In this document: positions 27,655 to 39,518 of the stretch, piece by piece
How the letters are laid out: the number at the start of each line of letters is the position of its first letter
Numbering within the stretch: position 1 is the stretch's first letter
Origin: Adineta vaga
Taxonomy: Eukaryota; Animalia; Rotifera
Length of the DNA: 64,000 nucleotides
Assembly (NCBI GenBank): GCA_021613535.1
Contig: CP075496.1
Location: forward strand, 14,384,001-14,448,000
Direction of reading: 5' to 3'
Notes under the pieces: model-generated
What the model was told of the DNA's origin: nothing
Database searches by the model: none
The model's input: the letters and a program-made list of their open reading frames with translations, nothing else
Made by a program: the position numbers and the translations under genes

Positions 27655-29590
27655 ATGTCATTCAATCTTGATTGTTTGAATAATTTAAATGAAATTCCAT
27701 TAAATACGACCAAATCAAAAGAATTAATTTATCCAAATTTCGAATTATCCAATGAAAATCTTTTATCAAAATTTTCTTCATTATTAATTGAAAATACATT
27801 TTCATCGAATGATTTACAAAATTTATTAAAAACTTGGGAAATAAAATCATCAAAATATATTTTATCATTAATAACTTATTTAATTATTAATCATTTAATA
27901 TTAATTATATTTTCGATTGTATTTTATATTTTAACGTATTTTTATTTAAAAAAATCGAAATCTTTATGGAAATTAATATTAATTTCTTTATTTTTCTTTC
28001 TAATTTTACTTCAAATGATTTTTCTTATTGAAAATATTTCTCAAACAAAATTTTATTTAAATAAATCAATGGATGAAATCTCATTTCAATTAACGAAAAA
28101 ACATTTTCTTAATGATTTATTAAAACAATTTCAAGAATTTACATCAAAATGTAAAATATATTTTCTTTTTTAATCTTTTTCTTAAATCATTTTCTTTTAG
28201 CAACATCAATAATTATTCATAATTCAAAATCTTTAATAAGAAATTCATTTAGTGATTATTATTCATTGAAAGAATTAAATAATTTATTAAAAATTATTAA
28301 TGAAAATTATAAATCATTAAAATTAATTTTATTCAAAAATGAAATTTTCAAAAAATTTCTTAATGATTTTGGAAAACTATTTGATTCAAATAATGATTTA
28401 TGTTATTTAATTGATAAACAAAATGAAAATGAAATAAAAAAACATTTTTTAAAAATCATTTCATTAATTGATGAAGAAATTCGTTTTTTTATTCAAATAT
28501 TTAATGAACAAATTTTAAATCGAATTTATCTCAAATCAAATCTTTCAAATCAAATTCGATATTTCATTTCATTTATTTCAATTTTATCATTTATTATTAT
28601 TCCATTGATTCTATTTTTTCCTCTTCTATTTATTCTTTTACTTATAAAACAATATTTTTCTCGTCAATCAATTCAACTTCAACAACGTTATCCAAGAAAT
28701 CATCATCGATCATCACGAAAACGAACTAGAAATAAATCATCATCTCGTTATGTTCTTTGTTCAATACGAATATCGTTTGGTATTCTTATTATTCTATGCA
28801 TTATTCTTTTATTAATAAGTACGATTGTTTATGGTTTGAATATGTTTCTACAAAGTTCTTGTCATTTAATTCATCATAATCAACCATTTATAATTTCATA
28901 TATAACAGGTAATGAAAAAGAAATATTTGAGAAAAAAGAATTTGTTTTTTTTTTAGAAAATTTTCTTAAATCAATTGATGAATTTAATGTGAATATAACA
29001 TTAATTAATTTAATAAATGATTGTAAAAATCAAAAACATTTTAGTAAAAATTATTTTAAGAAATTTTCAAAAAAATTAAATAAAGAATTTCTTCCAATGA
29101 TAAAAAATATTAATGAAAAAATTTATAATGAATTTGAAAAATCGAATCGAATGAAAAGATTTTCATCAAAAATTCAATTAATCAATGAATTTATTGATGT
29201 TATTCCTTCGAAAACAATTCAAAATCATTTAAATCTTATTCAAAAAACTTTTCAACAAATTGATTTTTTATTTACTAAAGTTCTTCAACAAAATTCACAA
29301 TTATCAAATCATTTTATCAATAAAACATTCAATCAAGTAATTTAATTTGTTCATTTTGTGTTTCAATTTTTTTATTTTAAATTTAGTTTGAATTATTTTT
29401 TGAAAATATTATTCAATCAAGTTTTGATTCATGTCCATTACCAATATCTGATATAATTAAATTAGATCAATTAATTTGTCATAGAACACTTAATCAAATC
29501 AATGGTTTATGGTTAAAAATCATCTTTTTTATTTTTTCAACTGTATTTTTTCTTTGTATTTTTGGTTTATATATCTTTAAAAAAGTTTAG
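27655..29590 (+). CDS. Divergent prominin-like multi-pass membrane protein
   Basis: Several TM segments separated by helical loops. Cys pattern SSCHL, NDCK, SCPLP...LICH...INGLW before the last TM resembles the prominin C-terminus. Confidence 0.55.
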
Positions 29591-30675
29591 TAAAATAATT
29601 TTTGTTAATGTCATCAAATTGACCAAGATCGAAGAGAAATTGGATGAGAAATTCCTTCAACAACAAATATTTCGTTTTTTATTTATTTCTATAACAACGA
29701 AAATTAATCGAGAAGACTAATCGTATGAAAACATGTTCGAAATGTATTAAGAAACCGATGAATACCATCAAATGAAGTTATTTTTGAGTGCATTCGAATA
29801 AGAAAAATATTTTCTGATTAGTTTTGATATAAATAAAATGTAATCGAAGATAGAAATCAGTATTTTGCTTATCTATTCAATAGTATAAAGAAAAGTAATC
29901 AATCAGATTATATTTCATTGTATTCGCTGATTTTTATCTTCAAATATATCTCTTCATATTATTCATAATGATTTAAAACGAAAAAAAAACAAAAATATTT
30001 TTCTTCTATTTTATGAGTATATGTATATATTATCAGGGATTTTCGAGATAAACTATTTAGTTTTCATTTTATAATCATCAATCTTATTTAATTTCAAAAT
30101 AGATAAACATTTTTAATTTTGATTAAAAATTTAGAGTATAAACGCAATCCATGTGCATATTGTGGTGACAAGGAGATTGGTTGTCGCCTATGTTATATAC
30201 AGTGTACTCCCGCAACTAATAAATATTCGGCTGCAAATTCGTTTTGTCCTTAATACGTTTTTAAAATTTTCTGCAAGAAGATTAATCGACAAAAATGACC
30301 TTTATTTTATTATTTAACTGTAGATCTTTTCTTTTTTCTAAATTTTTTATACAACAATTCTAACAAATTTATCTTCGTCTAATAAAACAAATTCAATTAT
30401 TCGAAATTCTTCATGTCATTATCTTTAATTCAAAATAAATCTCTGAAAAACATTCAAATAAAAAAAGAAATTTTGATTTCATTATTTTCGAAGTGAAAAA
30501 CATATTGAAGAACGAAAAATATCATATAGTTATTTTTCTTTTCTAATACGTCGTTGATAGATAATTAATCCTTGATCGATTTACGACGATGAAAGTAAGT
30601 GCAAATTTTTCATTTAAGCAAAATGTCTTCCGAGAAAAACAAAAGAAATTTCTTAAAATTGAATAAAAGTTCAAC

Positions 30676-32043
30676 ATGTCAATTCAATCGATCAATATTG
30701 ATAATTACAATTATGATCAATTGGATATTAATTATAGAAAGTGCAACATTCCAAATCTAGATGATTTCCAATTACGACCTGCAACAAATCAAGCTGAATT
30801 ATTAGATCGAGTTGAAAAACTTGATAAAATTTTACCAAAACTTGGTGTGAAGAATATTCTTGAACAAGCTAATCGTCAAGGTACAAAAAGTACAATACTA
30901 CAAACATGTAATCCAAATGCAACATTGAAAAGAAATTTAACAAATCCAAGTTATTGTTTTAATCCATCGGATAGTGGAACAATTAATGGAAATGTTGAAT
31001 GGATGCCACAAGGTGTAACAACAGTAGCTGATGCTCGAACAAGTCAAATATGGAATACAAAACAACCAATATTAATAACATGGTATGATAAAAAACCATC
31101 GAAACTAACAAATACTGATGCTGATAAAATTAAAGGTGCTCGTATTACATTTTTTGATCCTGAAACATCAAAATATCAACATGTTTTATTAGTTTATCCA
31201 TATATAAATAATAATGATAATATAACATATATGAGTTTACGTACAACACAAAAAGATGGTTATGATTCATTACATGCCGGTGGAATTGTTTGGTATGATA
31301 ATTATTTATATGTTGCTGATACAGCACGTGGATTTCGTGTTTTTGATATGAGATTTATTTTTGATTTGAATAAAGCAACAAATGGTGATACAAATGATAA
31401 AAATTTAATCGGATTTCAAAATGGAAAATATTTTGGACATGGTTATCGTTATATAATGCCACAAATTGGTGCATGGTCAAGTATTATTCCTCGAGATTCA
31501 AATAAAACATGTACAATCAATGCAGGATCTGCAACATTTTCTTTTGTTGCTCTTGATCGTACTGGTTCTGATCATTTAATTTCAGGAGAATTTTGTGGAG
31601 ATAAAATTGCTGGAGGTAATATTGATAAATCAGGTCGTGTAGCACGTTGGCCTCTTGATCAAACAACTGGTCAACCAAAACTTATTGATGGTATTTGGAA
31701 AGCTAATGCCGCTTATCGTTTACCAATATCAAATATACAAGGTGCTGTTTCATTTGAAAATAAATTCTATTTAAGTCGAAGTCAAGGAGCAAAAAATGGT
31801 TTCCTCTATAGAACAAAATCAATGAATTCATCTACAGGAATTTTAGAAATTGAAAGTACTCATTATGCTGCTGTTGGTCCAGAAGATTTATCACATTGGC
31901 CAAAACTTGATGGAAATTCAGGTGATCTTTGGACTGTTAGTGAACATGCTGGAAAACGTTTATTATATTCATGTAATATTAATAAACTTAACAATCGTGA
32001 AGAAATTGGAAATATTTGTGGAGAAAAACTTGATCTGGTCTAA
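30676..32043 (+). CDS. Intronless bacterial/fungal-type uncharacterised protein (probable beta-propeller-like fold), HGT candidate
   Basis: 455-aa uninterrupted ORF. Motifs WMPQGVTT, ITWYD, KGARITF, YQHVLLV, HAGGIVWYDNYLYVADT, YRYIMPQ, FSFVALDR, GPEDLS and LWTVSEHAGKR recall an actinobacterial/fungal secreted-protein family (from memory, not searched). Confidence 0.7.
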   Translation: MSIQSINIDNYNYDQLDINYRKCNIPNLDDFQLRPATNQAELLDRVEKLDKILPKLGVKNILEQANRQGTKSTILQTCNPNATLKRNLTNPSYCFNPSDSGTINGNVEWMPQGVTTVADARTSQIWNTKQPILITWYDKKPSKLTNTDADKIKGARITFFDPETSKYQHVLLVYPYINNNDNITYMSLRTTQKDGYDSLHAGGIVWYDNYLYVADTARGFRVFDMRFIFDLNKATNGDTNDKNLIGFQNGKYFGHGYRYIMPQIGAWSSIIPRDSNKTCTINAGSATFSFVALDRTGSDHLISGEFCGDKIAGGNIDKSGRVARWPLDQTTGQPKLIDGIWKANAAYRLPISNIQGAVSFENKFYLSRSQGAKNGFLYRTKSMNSSTGILEIESTHYAAVGPEDLSHWPKLDGNSGDLWTVSEHAGKRLLYSCNINKLNNREEIGNICGEKLDLV

Positions 32044-32249
32044 TTGATTCGATTCGATTAAATAAAATGAAATATTGATGAAAAGATATTTTTTATTTTT
32101 TCTACAAAAAAACGAAAATCACGAAATATAAAACTAAATCTTTTCTGTATCACAATCTAAACTAATACTGGAATAGATAAATCTATAAGGTCGTTTGGTA
32201 AACAAATATCTATTTGTTCTGTTTGTAATCATCTGTATTGATAAGATTT

Positions 32250-35018
32250 TTAATTTATTTTTTTTCTTGTAAGTTCAATATTTAATCCTCCTTCTGGTGC
32301 ATTAACAACATCAGCAGCTGCATAACAAGATTGTAATGTCGCTGTTTCTCTATCACCTAAGACATGATCTAAATTATGATTCATAAAATTGGTCATATCA
32401 GCTTCAGCAAATCTTCCAAATTCATCTGATTCTTCTCGAATTGTTAATTGTTGAGCTAAATTTGAAAAACTAATTTTTAATGGTGTACCTAAACTAAAAT
32501 CATCTGTTGGTTCTTGATCTAAAATACATTTTTGAACTAATTTAGCTACATCATAAGCATAAAATTCTAGCCAAGCTAATGTTGATTGATTAGAATTTGT
32601 TGCATCTCGTTTTGGATTAAATTGATCAGCTAATTTTCTTAATTCATCTTTATTTGGACGTGTTTCACCAATCATTGTTTGCCATGCAAGATCAAAATCA
32701 GTCATATGTAAAGATAAAGCTGTATTACGCATAAAATCTCTTGCAGATTTTCCACAAAGATACATTGCATGAAGTTCATCATATTTAATACTTTTTAAAC
32801 CTTCATAAACACTTAAATAAGTTAAAAAATGTGTTCCACTATGTGCTGAAATACGTTCAACAGTAATCGCACGATTATTTAATAATTTTGGTTTATCACC
32901 ACGAATACTTCGAACTGTTATTTTATCTGAATTTGATCCTCCACCACCACGTTTTGATGGACGAGAACTTAAATTTCCCAAAATAACCGAAACCCAAGGT
33001 GCATTTGCAAATAATTGATTAAAACTATTATTTCCTGATTCAGTATCATTATCATCATCAAGATCACCCATAAAATTAAAATAAGTTTCTCTCATAACTT
33101 GACAAGCTTTATGAAAATTTCCAATATGATAATCTTGATCATAACCTTCAGGTGCATGACGTGGTGGAACATAATGTGTTCCATCTGCTTTTAATTCTGT
33201 TTGAACACGTGCATGAAGATTTTGTGCAACTAATGATTCTAATGTATGTAAACAAATCGATGTTGGAGAGAAAAGTATTTGCATTTGATGACCTTGAAGT
33301 GTTAATAATGATGGACCAAGAGTTTTAGCATGAAAATATCTTGCAACACGTCCATTATTATGTGGAACTTCAGTAACACGTCCACCACCACGTTGTAAAG
33401 CTGCACCACCACCACTAAAACCATTAATTGTTAAAGTTTTTAATTCAGGATATTTCGCACGAAATTGATCAACCATTGCATAAACTTTTCCTAACGCTTC
33501 TTCTTGTGATGATTCAGCACCACGACCATTTCTTCTTACTGTATCACTTTTAGCAATCATTGGAATTAATTTTCCTCGAAAAGCTAAATGTTTTCGATAA
33601 ATTGGATCATCAACTAATTCAGAAATAAGATCAGGTAATTCTTGTAAATCTTTAACTGATTCACTTAATGTAACAATATCAAGAACAGTTTCTTTTTCAG
33701 CCACACAATTTCCACTTGCTTTCAATAGAAGAAAAACAGCTAAAACATTAACAATTGATTTTGTTTCAGCAATAATTAATTTATTAAATATATCCAAATC
33801 ATTTGGTATTAATTTTAATCGACCAAATATTCTTCCAGCTGTTTTACTCGATTTTGTTAATTCATCTTGATTTGTTAATTTTAATTTTTCAATTATTTGT
33901 TCATCATTTAACCATTGATTTATTAAATTTTTCTGTTCTTTTAATGATAAAGATAAGAAATCATCGTGTAAATGATTGATTTTTAAAAGATGTGTTAATG
34001 TATCCATAATATCAATAGCATTATGTCGAATATCAATCTGTGCGTAATAAAAACCAAATGTTCGAATTTTATAAATTAAATCTTCAGTATTTGGAAGAGA
34101 TTTGAGATCATCAATAAATTCTTCGGGTGTTTTATAAGAATTTGAATTGAATTTTTGTTCAATCGAATTGTTTTCCTCTGATGAAATTTGTTTTAAATCA
34201 ATTAAATATAATTCTTTAATTCTTTGTTTTAATTGTTGAATAGCTTTTTCTAAAGCTTTAATATCAGCATTTTCATTTCCATCACCATCACCAGCTGACC
34301 AAATTGATGCTTGAATTTTTGGTATATTAACATCAATAACTTTTTTATATTCTGGAAAATCTTCTAAAGTTTCAATTAATTGTTTTCTTAATTTTGGTGT
34401 TGTATGATAAATCATATCAAGAATTGCTAATGTTTCATTAACTTCTTCTTCAATTGTTTTCTTTTTTCCAGCTAAAGGTATATTTTGAATAACTTTTAAT
34501 TGCTCGGAATAATCGATATTATCATCTAATAATTTATCAAAAACAATACCACCTTGAATTGTATATTCCATTGATGTTGGATTTGTTGGATGCATTGTTA
34601 AACTAAATATTGCAAATGCATTTTCATTGAAAAATTTTGCAACTATTTCTGGTTCAACATTTTCTTCTTTCATTCGTGTAAAAACATAATCAAATCGATC
34701 AGCTGTTGCTGTACTATTTGGATTTTCAATTTTTTCATTATAAATTTTTGCATTAACAAATTTTCGAACACGACGTTCTAAATCCATTATTTTAGCATAA
34801 TATTCAATTAATTTTTCACGTTCAACACTTCCAAATGATAATTCATCTAAGATTTTTTGATAAACATCAATTCGTTTTTCACGATTGGAATTCGTTGAAA
34901 TATGAAAGATTTTTCGTAAATAACCAGCAATTTTGTTATTATCTTTCGCGATTTGACTAATAAATCGATTTCGAACGGTTTTTTGATCATCGGATAATTC
35001 TAAAATTTCGTCTTCCAT
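32250..35018 (-). CDS. ppc: Divergent phosphoenolpyruvate carboxylase (PEPC family), intronless CDS, HGT candidate
   Basis: 922 aa with PEPC motifs in the correct order: LTMHPT, WSAGDGDGN, FG...IDIRH, TLSES, MIAKSD, FSGGGAALQRGGG, TLQG, NLSSRPSKR, NRAI. Confidence 0.88.
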   Translation of the reverse strand: MEDEILELSDDQKTVRNRFISQIAKDNNKIAGYLRKIFHISTNSNREKRIDVYQKILDELSFGSVEREKLIEYYAKIMDLERRVRKFVNAKIYNEKIENPNSTATADRFDYVFTRMKEENVEPEIVAKFFNENAFAIFSLTMHPTNPTSMEYTIQGGIVFDKLLDDNIDYSEQLKVIQNIPLAGKKKTIEEEVNETLAILDMIYHTTPKLRKQLIETLEDFPEYKKVIDVNIPKIQASIWSAGDGDGNENADIKALEKAIQQLKQRIKELYLIDLKQISSEENNSIEQKFNSNSYKTPEEFIDDLKSLPNTEDLIYKIRTFGFYYAQIDIRHNAIDIMDTLTHLLKINHLHDDFLSLSLKEQKNLINQWLNDEQIIEKLKLTNQDELTKSSKTAGRIFGRLKLIPNDLDIFNKLIIAETKSIVNVLAVFLLLKASGNCVAEKETVLDIVTLSESVKDLQELPDLISELVDDPIYRKHLAFRGKLIPMIAKSDTVRRNGRGAESSQEEALGKVYAMVDQFRAKYPELKTLTINGFSGGGAALQRGGGRVTEVPHNNGRVARYFHAKTLGPSLLTLQGHQMQILFSPTSICLHTLESLVAQNLHARVQTELKADGTHYVPPRHAPEGYDQDYHIGNFHKACQVMRETYFNFMGDLDDDNDTESGNNSFNQLFANAPWVSVILGNLSSRPSKRGGGGSNSDKITVRSIRGDKPKLLNNRAITVERISAHSGTHFLTYLSVYEGLKSIKYDELHAMYLCGKSARDFMRNTALSLHMTDFDLAWQTMIGETRPNKDELRKLADQFNPKRDATNSNQSTLAWLEFYAYDVAKLVQKCILDQEPTDDFSLGTPLKISFSNLAQQLTIREESDEFGRFAEADMTNFMNHNLDHVLGDRETATLQSCYAAADVVNAPEGGLNIELTRKKIN

Positions 35019-35573
35019 TTTCGAAATTTATCTAAAAAGAAAATAGGAATCAAAACAAATGAATTCTTTGTTAATAATCAGTCAATTATCATTGGTGAAT
35101 TTTATGTCTCAATCAATTTCTAAGAAATTGATTTTCTTTTCTTTTGAATGAATCGATTTAAAGAAATCAATTGATTTCGATACAAATTCAATTCAATAAC
35201 ATTTTAATAAATAAAAATTTAAACAGAGGGAGCTATATTCTTCAACGATAGACCATACAAACCTATTCTTGTAGAATTCTTTCGTCTTATAACTGTTTCT
35301 TGTCTTTACTTACTTGTTTTTCTCTTCTTTTCTTTTTTCATTTGTTGGGTGCATTTCATTGAGTATATAAATCTTTCGATAAGAGTACGAATATGAAGGT
35401 AAAGGTTAACTTATTCTCGTTTCTAGATAAAATTCAAAAGAAATAAATAATCACTCATGCAGATCATCTCGTCAATCTTTTAATAAAATCATTCTTCGTT
35501 TTTATGGATATGAAACCGAATAAATACAACTCATGTAAAAGATATTTCTGAAAAAGTAAACTATTAAGTACTT

Positions 35574-35666
35574 TCAATATTTGGTTTTTGATAAAGAATA
35601 GTACTTATAAGTAACTAAAAAAGGTTCGTCTATAAGTACTATGCTCTATTAAAAACCAAATATTGA
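35574..35666. repeat. Inverted repeat (36-bp arms, 3 mismatches, 21-nt loop)
   Basis: TCAATATTTGGTTTTTGATAAAGAATAGTACTTATA pairs with TATAAGTACTATGCTCTATTAAAAACCAAATATTGA. Confidence 0.8.
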
Positions 35667-38610
35667 CGGTGAAAAATAGTACTTTTTTCGTACATGGAAC
35701 TTTTCTTAATCAGATCAAAATAACATATGGAAAAAAATCCGATATAAAATTTTGTCAATATTTGTAGAAACGAAATCATATCGAATAAGTCATTTCATTG
35801 AGTCAAATCAAATTTTTATCAACAATGAATTCTTTTTTCTCTTTTAAGTTTAATTTATTTTTTATTCGAAATAACGAAACTATATAATAAAGATCATATC
35901 ATATTTGCAATGAGAAAAGACAAGTTTAATTCTTTGTTTCCCAATGTTCACTCCGGTAAACATTGGAAAAATAGTCGTGAAAAACGTTGGGAATACTTGA
36001 CTCATATGATCGACAATTTCGTAGAAAGACGAATGTGCTGTGAAAATAATTTGCTATTTTTAACCAATGATAGAGGCAGCAGCTCTTTAATTGCTCTTCT
36101 TGATTTATTGTAAAAGTACCCACAGCCATCTATTTTTCGACAGACAGTAGTTTTGAAATAGCTGTCTCAAATTTTTAAAATAAAAATGTTGGACGTGTTG
36201 GTTGATAAGAGTTCTTTTTCATCTTCGATGAAACTTTTCTTATTTATGGTTGTGAAATAAATGAACATTACCTCAAAAGAAGAAAAAAGTTGTGTGAAAG
36301 CGCGCCTCCACGGGGATTTTCTAATCAGGGAGAGTCTTCTGTTGTGGGTGGAGAGTTAATTGTTTAACTTATTAACGTATTTCATTGTCGCTTTGTCCAT
36401 AAAAAGATTAATTGGAAGAATTTTTTCACTTCTTATTTCCAAATTATTCTGAACTAAATAAAATCTCAACCTGATTCATAGATAGCTTGATTAAGCAAAT
36501 AAAATGTTTCTTTTTTGTTTCGAAAGATTTCTTGAGAATTTTCACATTGACGAATCATTTTTAGATAAGATTCTGGACAAAATGTTACCAATAGATTCCA
36601 ATAAGAATTCAAAATCCTTGTCTCTAAATCGGATGATTATGTGTGCTTGAAAAAGTACAGATGATACAGATAATTCGAAAGAGTTAAACTTTATTTCATA
36701 ACTAGCTACATTCAAATAATATTATTCATTAAAAAAAAAAGTCTATTATAAATCATTAGCATTTCATATACATGTTTATTTCAAGAGGGAAAAGGCAGAC
36801 TTCTGTACTTCTAGACTTTTGAAGTCCTGCTTCTTCTGTCTTGGTTTATTTTCTTAATAATCTCATCATTCATTTTTGTTTTTGTTCGAATTCTATGTTA
36901 ACAACATCTACAGATTTTCTGTACTGATAAAAACGAAAAAGAAAACTTATACATGGCCCTGTATTACAGCAATTGAATATCTAAGGTTGTCTCCATATTA
37001 TAGTAAGATATTACTCTTTTCGAAATGTTTTTTTGACGTTTAAACTCCGAATAGAGAGATGATTTTTTGTGTGTAACTCATAAAGGATACGATTGATGAA
37101 ACATAACTATGAAGAGACGCTCATAGACTGATTCTACGATGTGTTAAGTACATAAAGATAGTATTAACCGTTCGTTCTGCTTGATTTATTCAATAGAATC
37201 TTTTGTTAATATACGATGACCTTTTCACCTCTTTTACTTTTGCTTTATTTTGTATGAAAATATGTTCAATAAATAATTTCAATGAAGATATTATTCATTT
37301 ATTTCAATAATATTTATAAGTATATTTTTTTTCTTCACATTTCAAATAATATTTGATTCACCTTGTCAATTATTATTTATCGTGATAAATTATATTTCTG
37401 TGATTTTTCTATCGAAGAAAAACAACAAGGTATAAGATTGTTTCAAGGTTATATTTATATGATTGAATGTTTGAGACGAAGAAATTCTTATTAAATCGAA
37501 TAAATAAAAATGTCAATCGATAAATTCTAAAAATAGTAAATGAGTTTTCTCATTGAAACGATTGACAAAAAAAAAGAGAACGAGAGAGAGAGAGAAACAT
37601 TATGTAGTGATATAACATAAAGATGAAATGATCGGTTCGATAATTTTTCTCGTTCTTTTTCTTTTTTTTTCATATTTTATAATTTGCTTCTGATTTACAA
37701 ACGTGTGCTTAGAACATATAAAAAAAACTCGTTGTCGTCGTCTCACCTCGAATTATTTCTTCATGTATATTCAAATGAATATTTAGAAAGAAAGAAGAAA
37801 ACGTGAACAAATGTTTTTATTTAATTCATCTTCTTCAAAATATGTAAGTGGAAATTAATTTGAACAAAAAAAAACGAAAGTGAAATGGAAATTTGTTTCT
37901 TTAAAGAATTTAATATTTGATCAAGTTGATAATGAAATTCAAACGAAAAATATTTTTTTACGTCGATGTTTTATTATTTTAATTGTTTGTTTATTTTTAT
38001 TTCTTTTGCATTCAAAATCAATTGATTATTAATGTATTGAAATCTTATGTAATAAAAAGAACATTTTCTTTTTCCGAATTTAATCATTTGACAATGAGAT
38101 TTTTAGTTAACGTTATTCTTCCATTTACAAATCGATCCTTTTATTGGAGAAACAGTTCAATGACTCGAAAACGCATCAAATTCGAGTGTTGAGTTTTATT
38201 TCTCGAAGATCTGAAGAATGTGAAAAAAAACAAAAATTTTTCTGGAATTCGAGTCCTGAATACATTGGTATGAATGTATAGAATAATGGTTCTGGTTTTC
38301 TTTTTTTTCTTATCGAAAAATGTGTAAATGAATGATTAATAAGAGTTGATTGATACGAATATAGATTAGAAGTTTGGATTGTCTTGTGACACATCGATGT
38401 TAGAGAAAGAGAAAAAATGAACAGCCATCTATTTGACCGATAGAGAGGGAGAGAGGAATGCCTCTTGAGATTATCAGTCAGCTGAGTGAAACTAGCAAGG
38501 AGAGAAAGAAAGAAAGAAAAAGAAAAAGAAAAGAATCCGAGGTCATTCTTTCTCGTATTTTTCATCTGACCTAAAACACCAATTTATTGTTTGATTAAAA
38601 GAATATTCAA

Positions 38611-39225
38611 ATGGGTGGAACAATATCCGATATTGTTAAAGTTGTTGATGATGCTGTTAAACAAATTATTTTACAAATTGATCCATCAATAATTAAAGTT
38701 AGAAATACTACAATAACAATTCTTGATCATATTGAATCAAAAGTTCAATCAAATAGTTCTCATGCAATAGATTCATTACGTCGAAATTTACTTGTATGGC
38801 TTTTTTTAACAATTATATTTACAATACTTGTTTTAATCTTAATACGTTATTTAATTGATATTTTACATAAATTACAATTTGGTCTTTTAACACGTCAATA
38901 TTCAACTTTATTTGTCTTAACAATAATTATTATTTGGATCTTTTTATCTTCAATATTTGGTGTATTTTTAACAGAAGATATTGATTGGTCAATATTAAAA
39001 ATAATTATCTTTAGTGTCTTATCTGCATGTCTATTATTATTAATATTGATTTGGTTTCGTTTTGCTTCAATGTATCAACGAAGAATTGGAGTAAAATTGA
39101 AAATCTTCTTTTGTCAATGGAATTTTTCAAGAGAGAAAAAGAAATGTTTACAACAGTCAACAATGACTTTACATATGTTAGCAATTAAAAAGAAAACCAT
39201 TAATGATGATATTAATCAAATTTAA
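38611..39225 (+). CDS. Intronless uncharacterised membrane protein (about 3 TM)
   Basis: 204-aa ORF with an amphipathic N-terminus and three hydrophobic segments. Confidence 0.65.
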   Translation: MGGTISDIVKVVDDAVKQIILQIDPSIIKVRNTTITILDHIESKVQSNSSHAIDSLRRNLLVWLFLTIIFTILVLILIRYLIDILHKLQFGLLTRQYSTLFVLTIIIIWIFLSSIFGVFLTEDIDWSILKIIIFSVLSACLLLLILIWFRFASMYQRRIGVKLKIFFCQWNFSREKKKCLQQSTMTLHMLAIKKKTINDDINQI

Positions 39226-39518
39226 ATATTCATATTTTCTCTTTGCTTTCTTTGTATAGTCAAAATTTCTGTGAAGAATAAATTTATCTTTTAAATATTC
39301 AATTGATTTTTTACCAACGAATATATTCATGATTGTTTGTATCTAAACATATTCACCAGAAGTACAGAATATGAATATCATTTTTTCTCACGTCCTTGAT
39401 TTTCGATGTTCGATAAATATATAACAACAAAATCTTTCAATTTCAATTCAGACATGCTTATATTATCGGGACACATAGTATATGCATTAGTAAAGATGTT
39501 TCATTCTTACACAATTCA

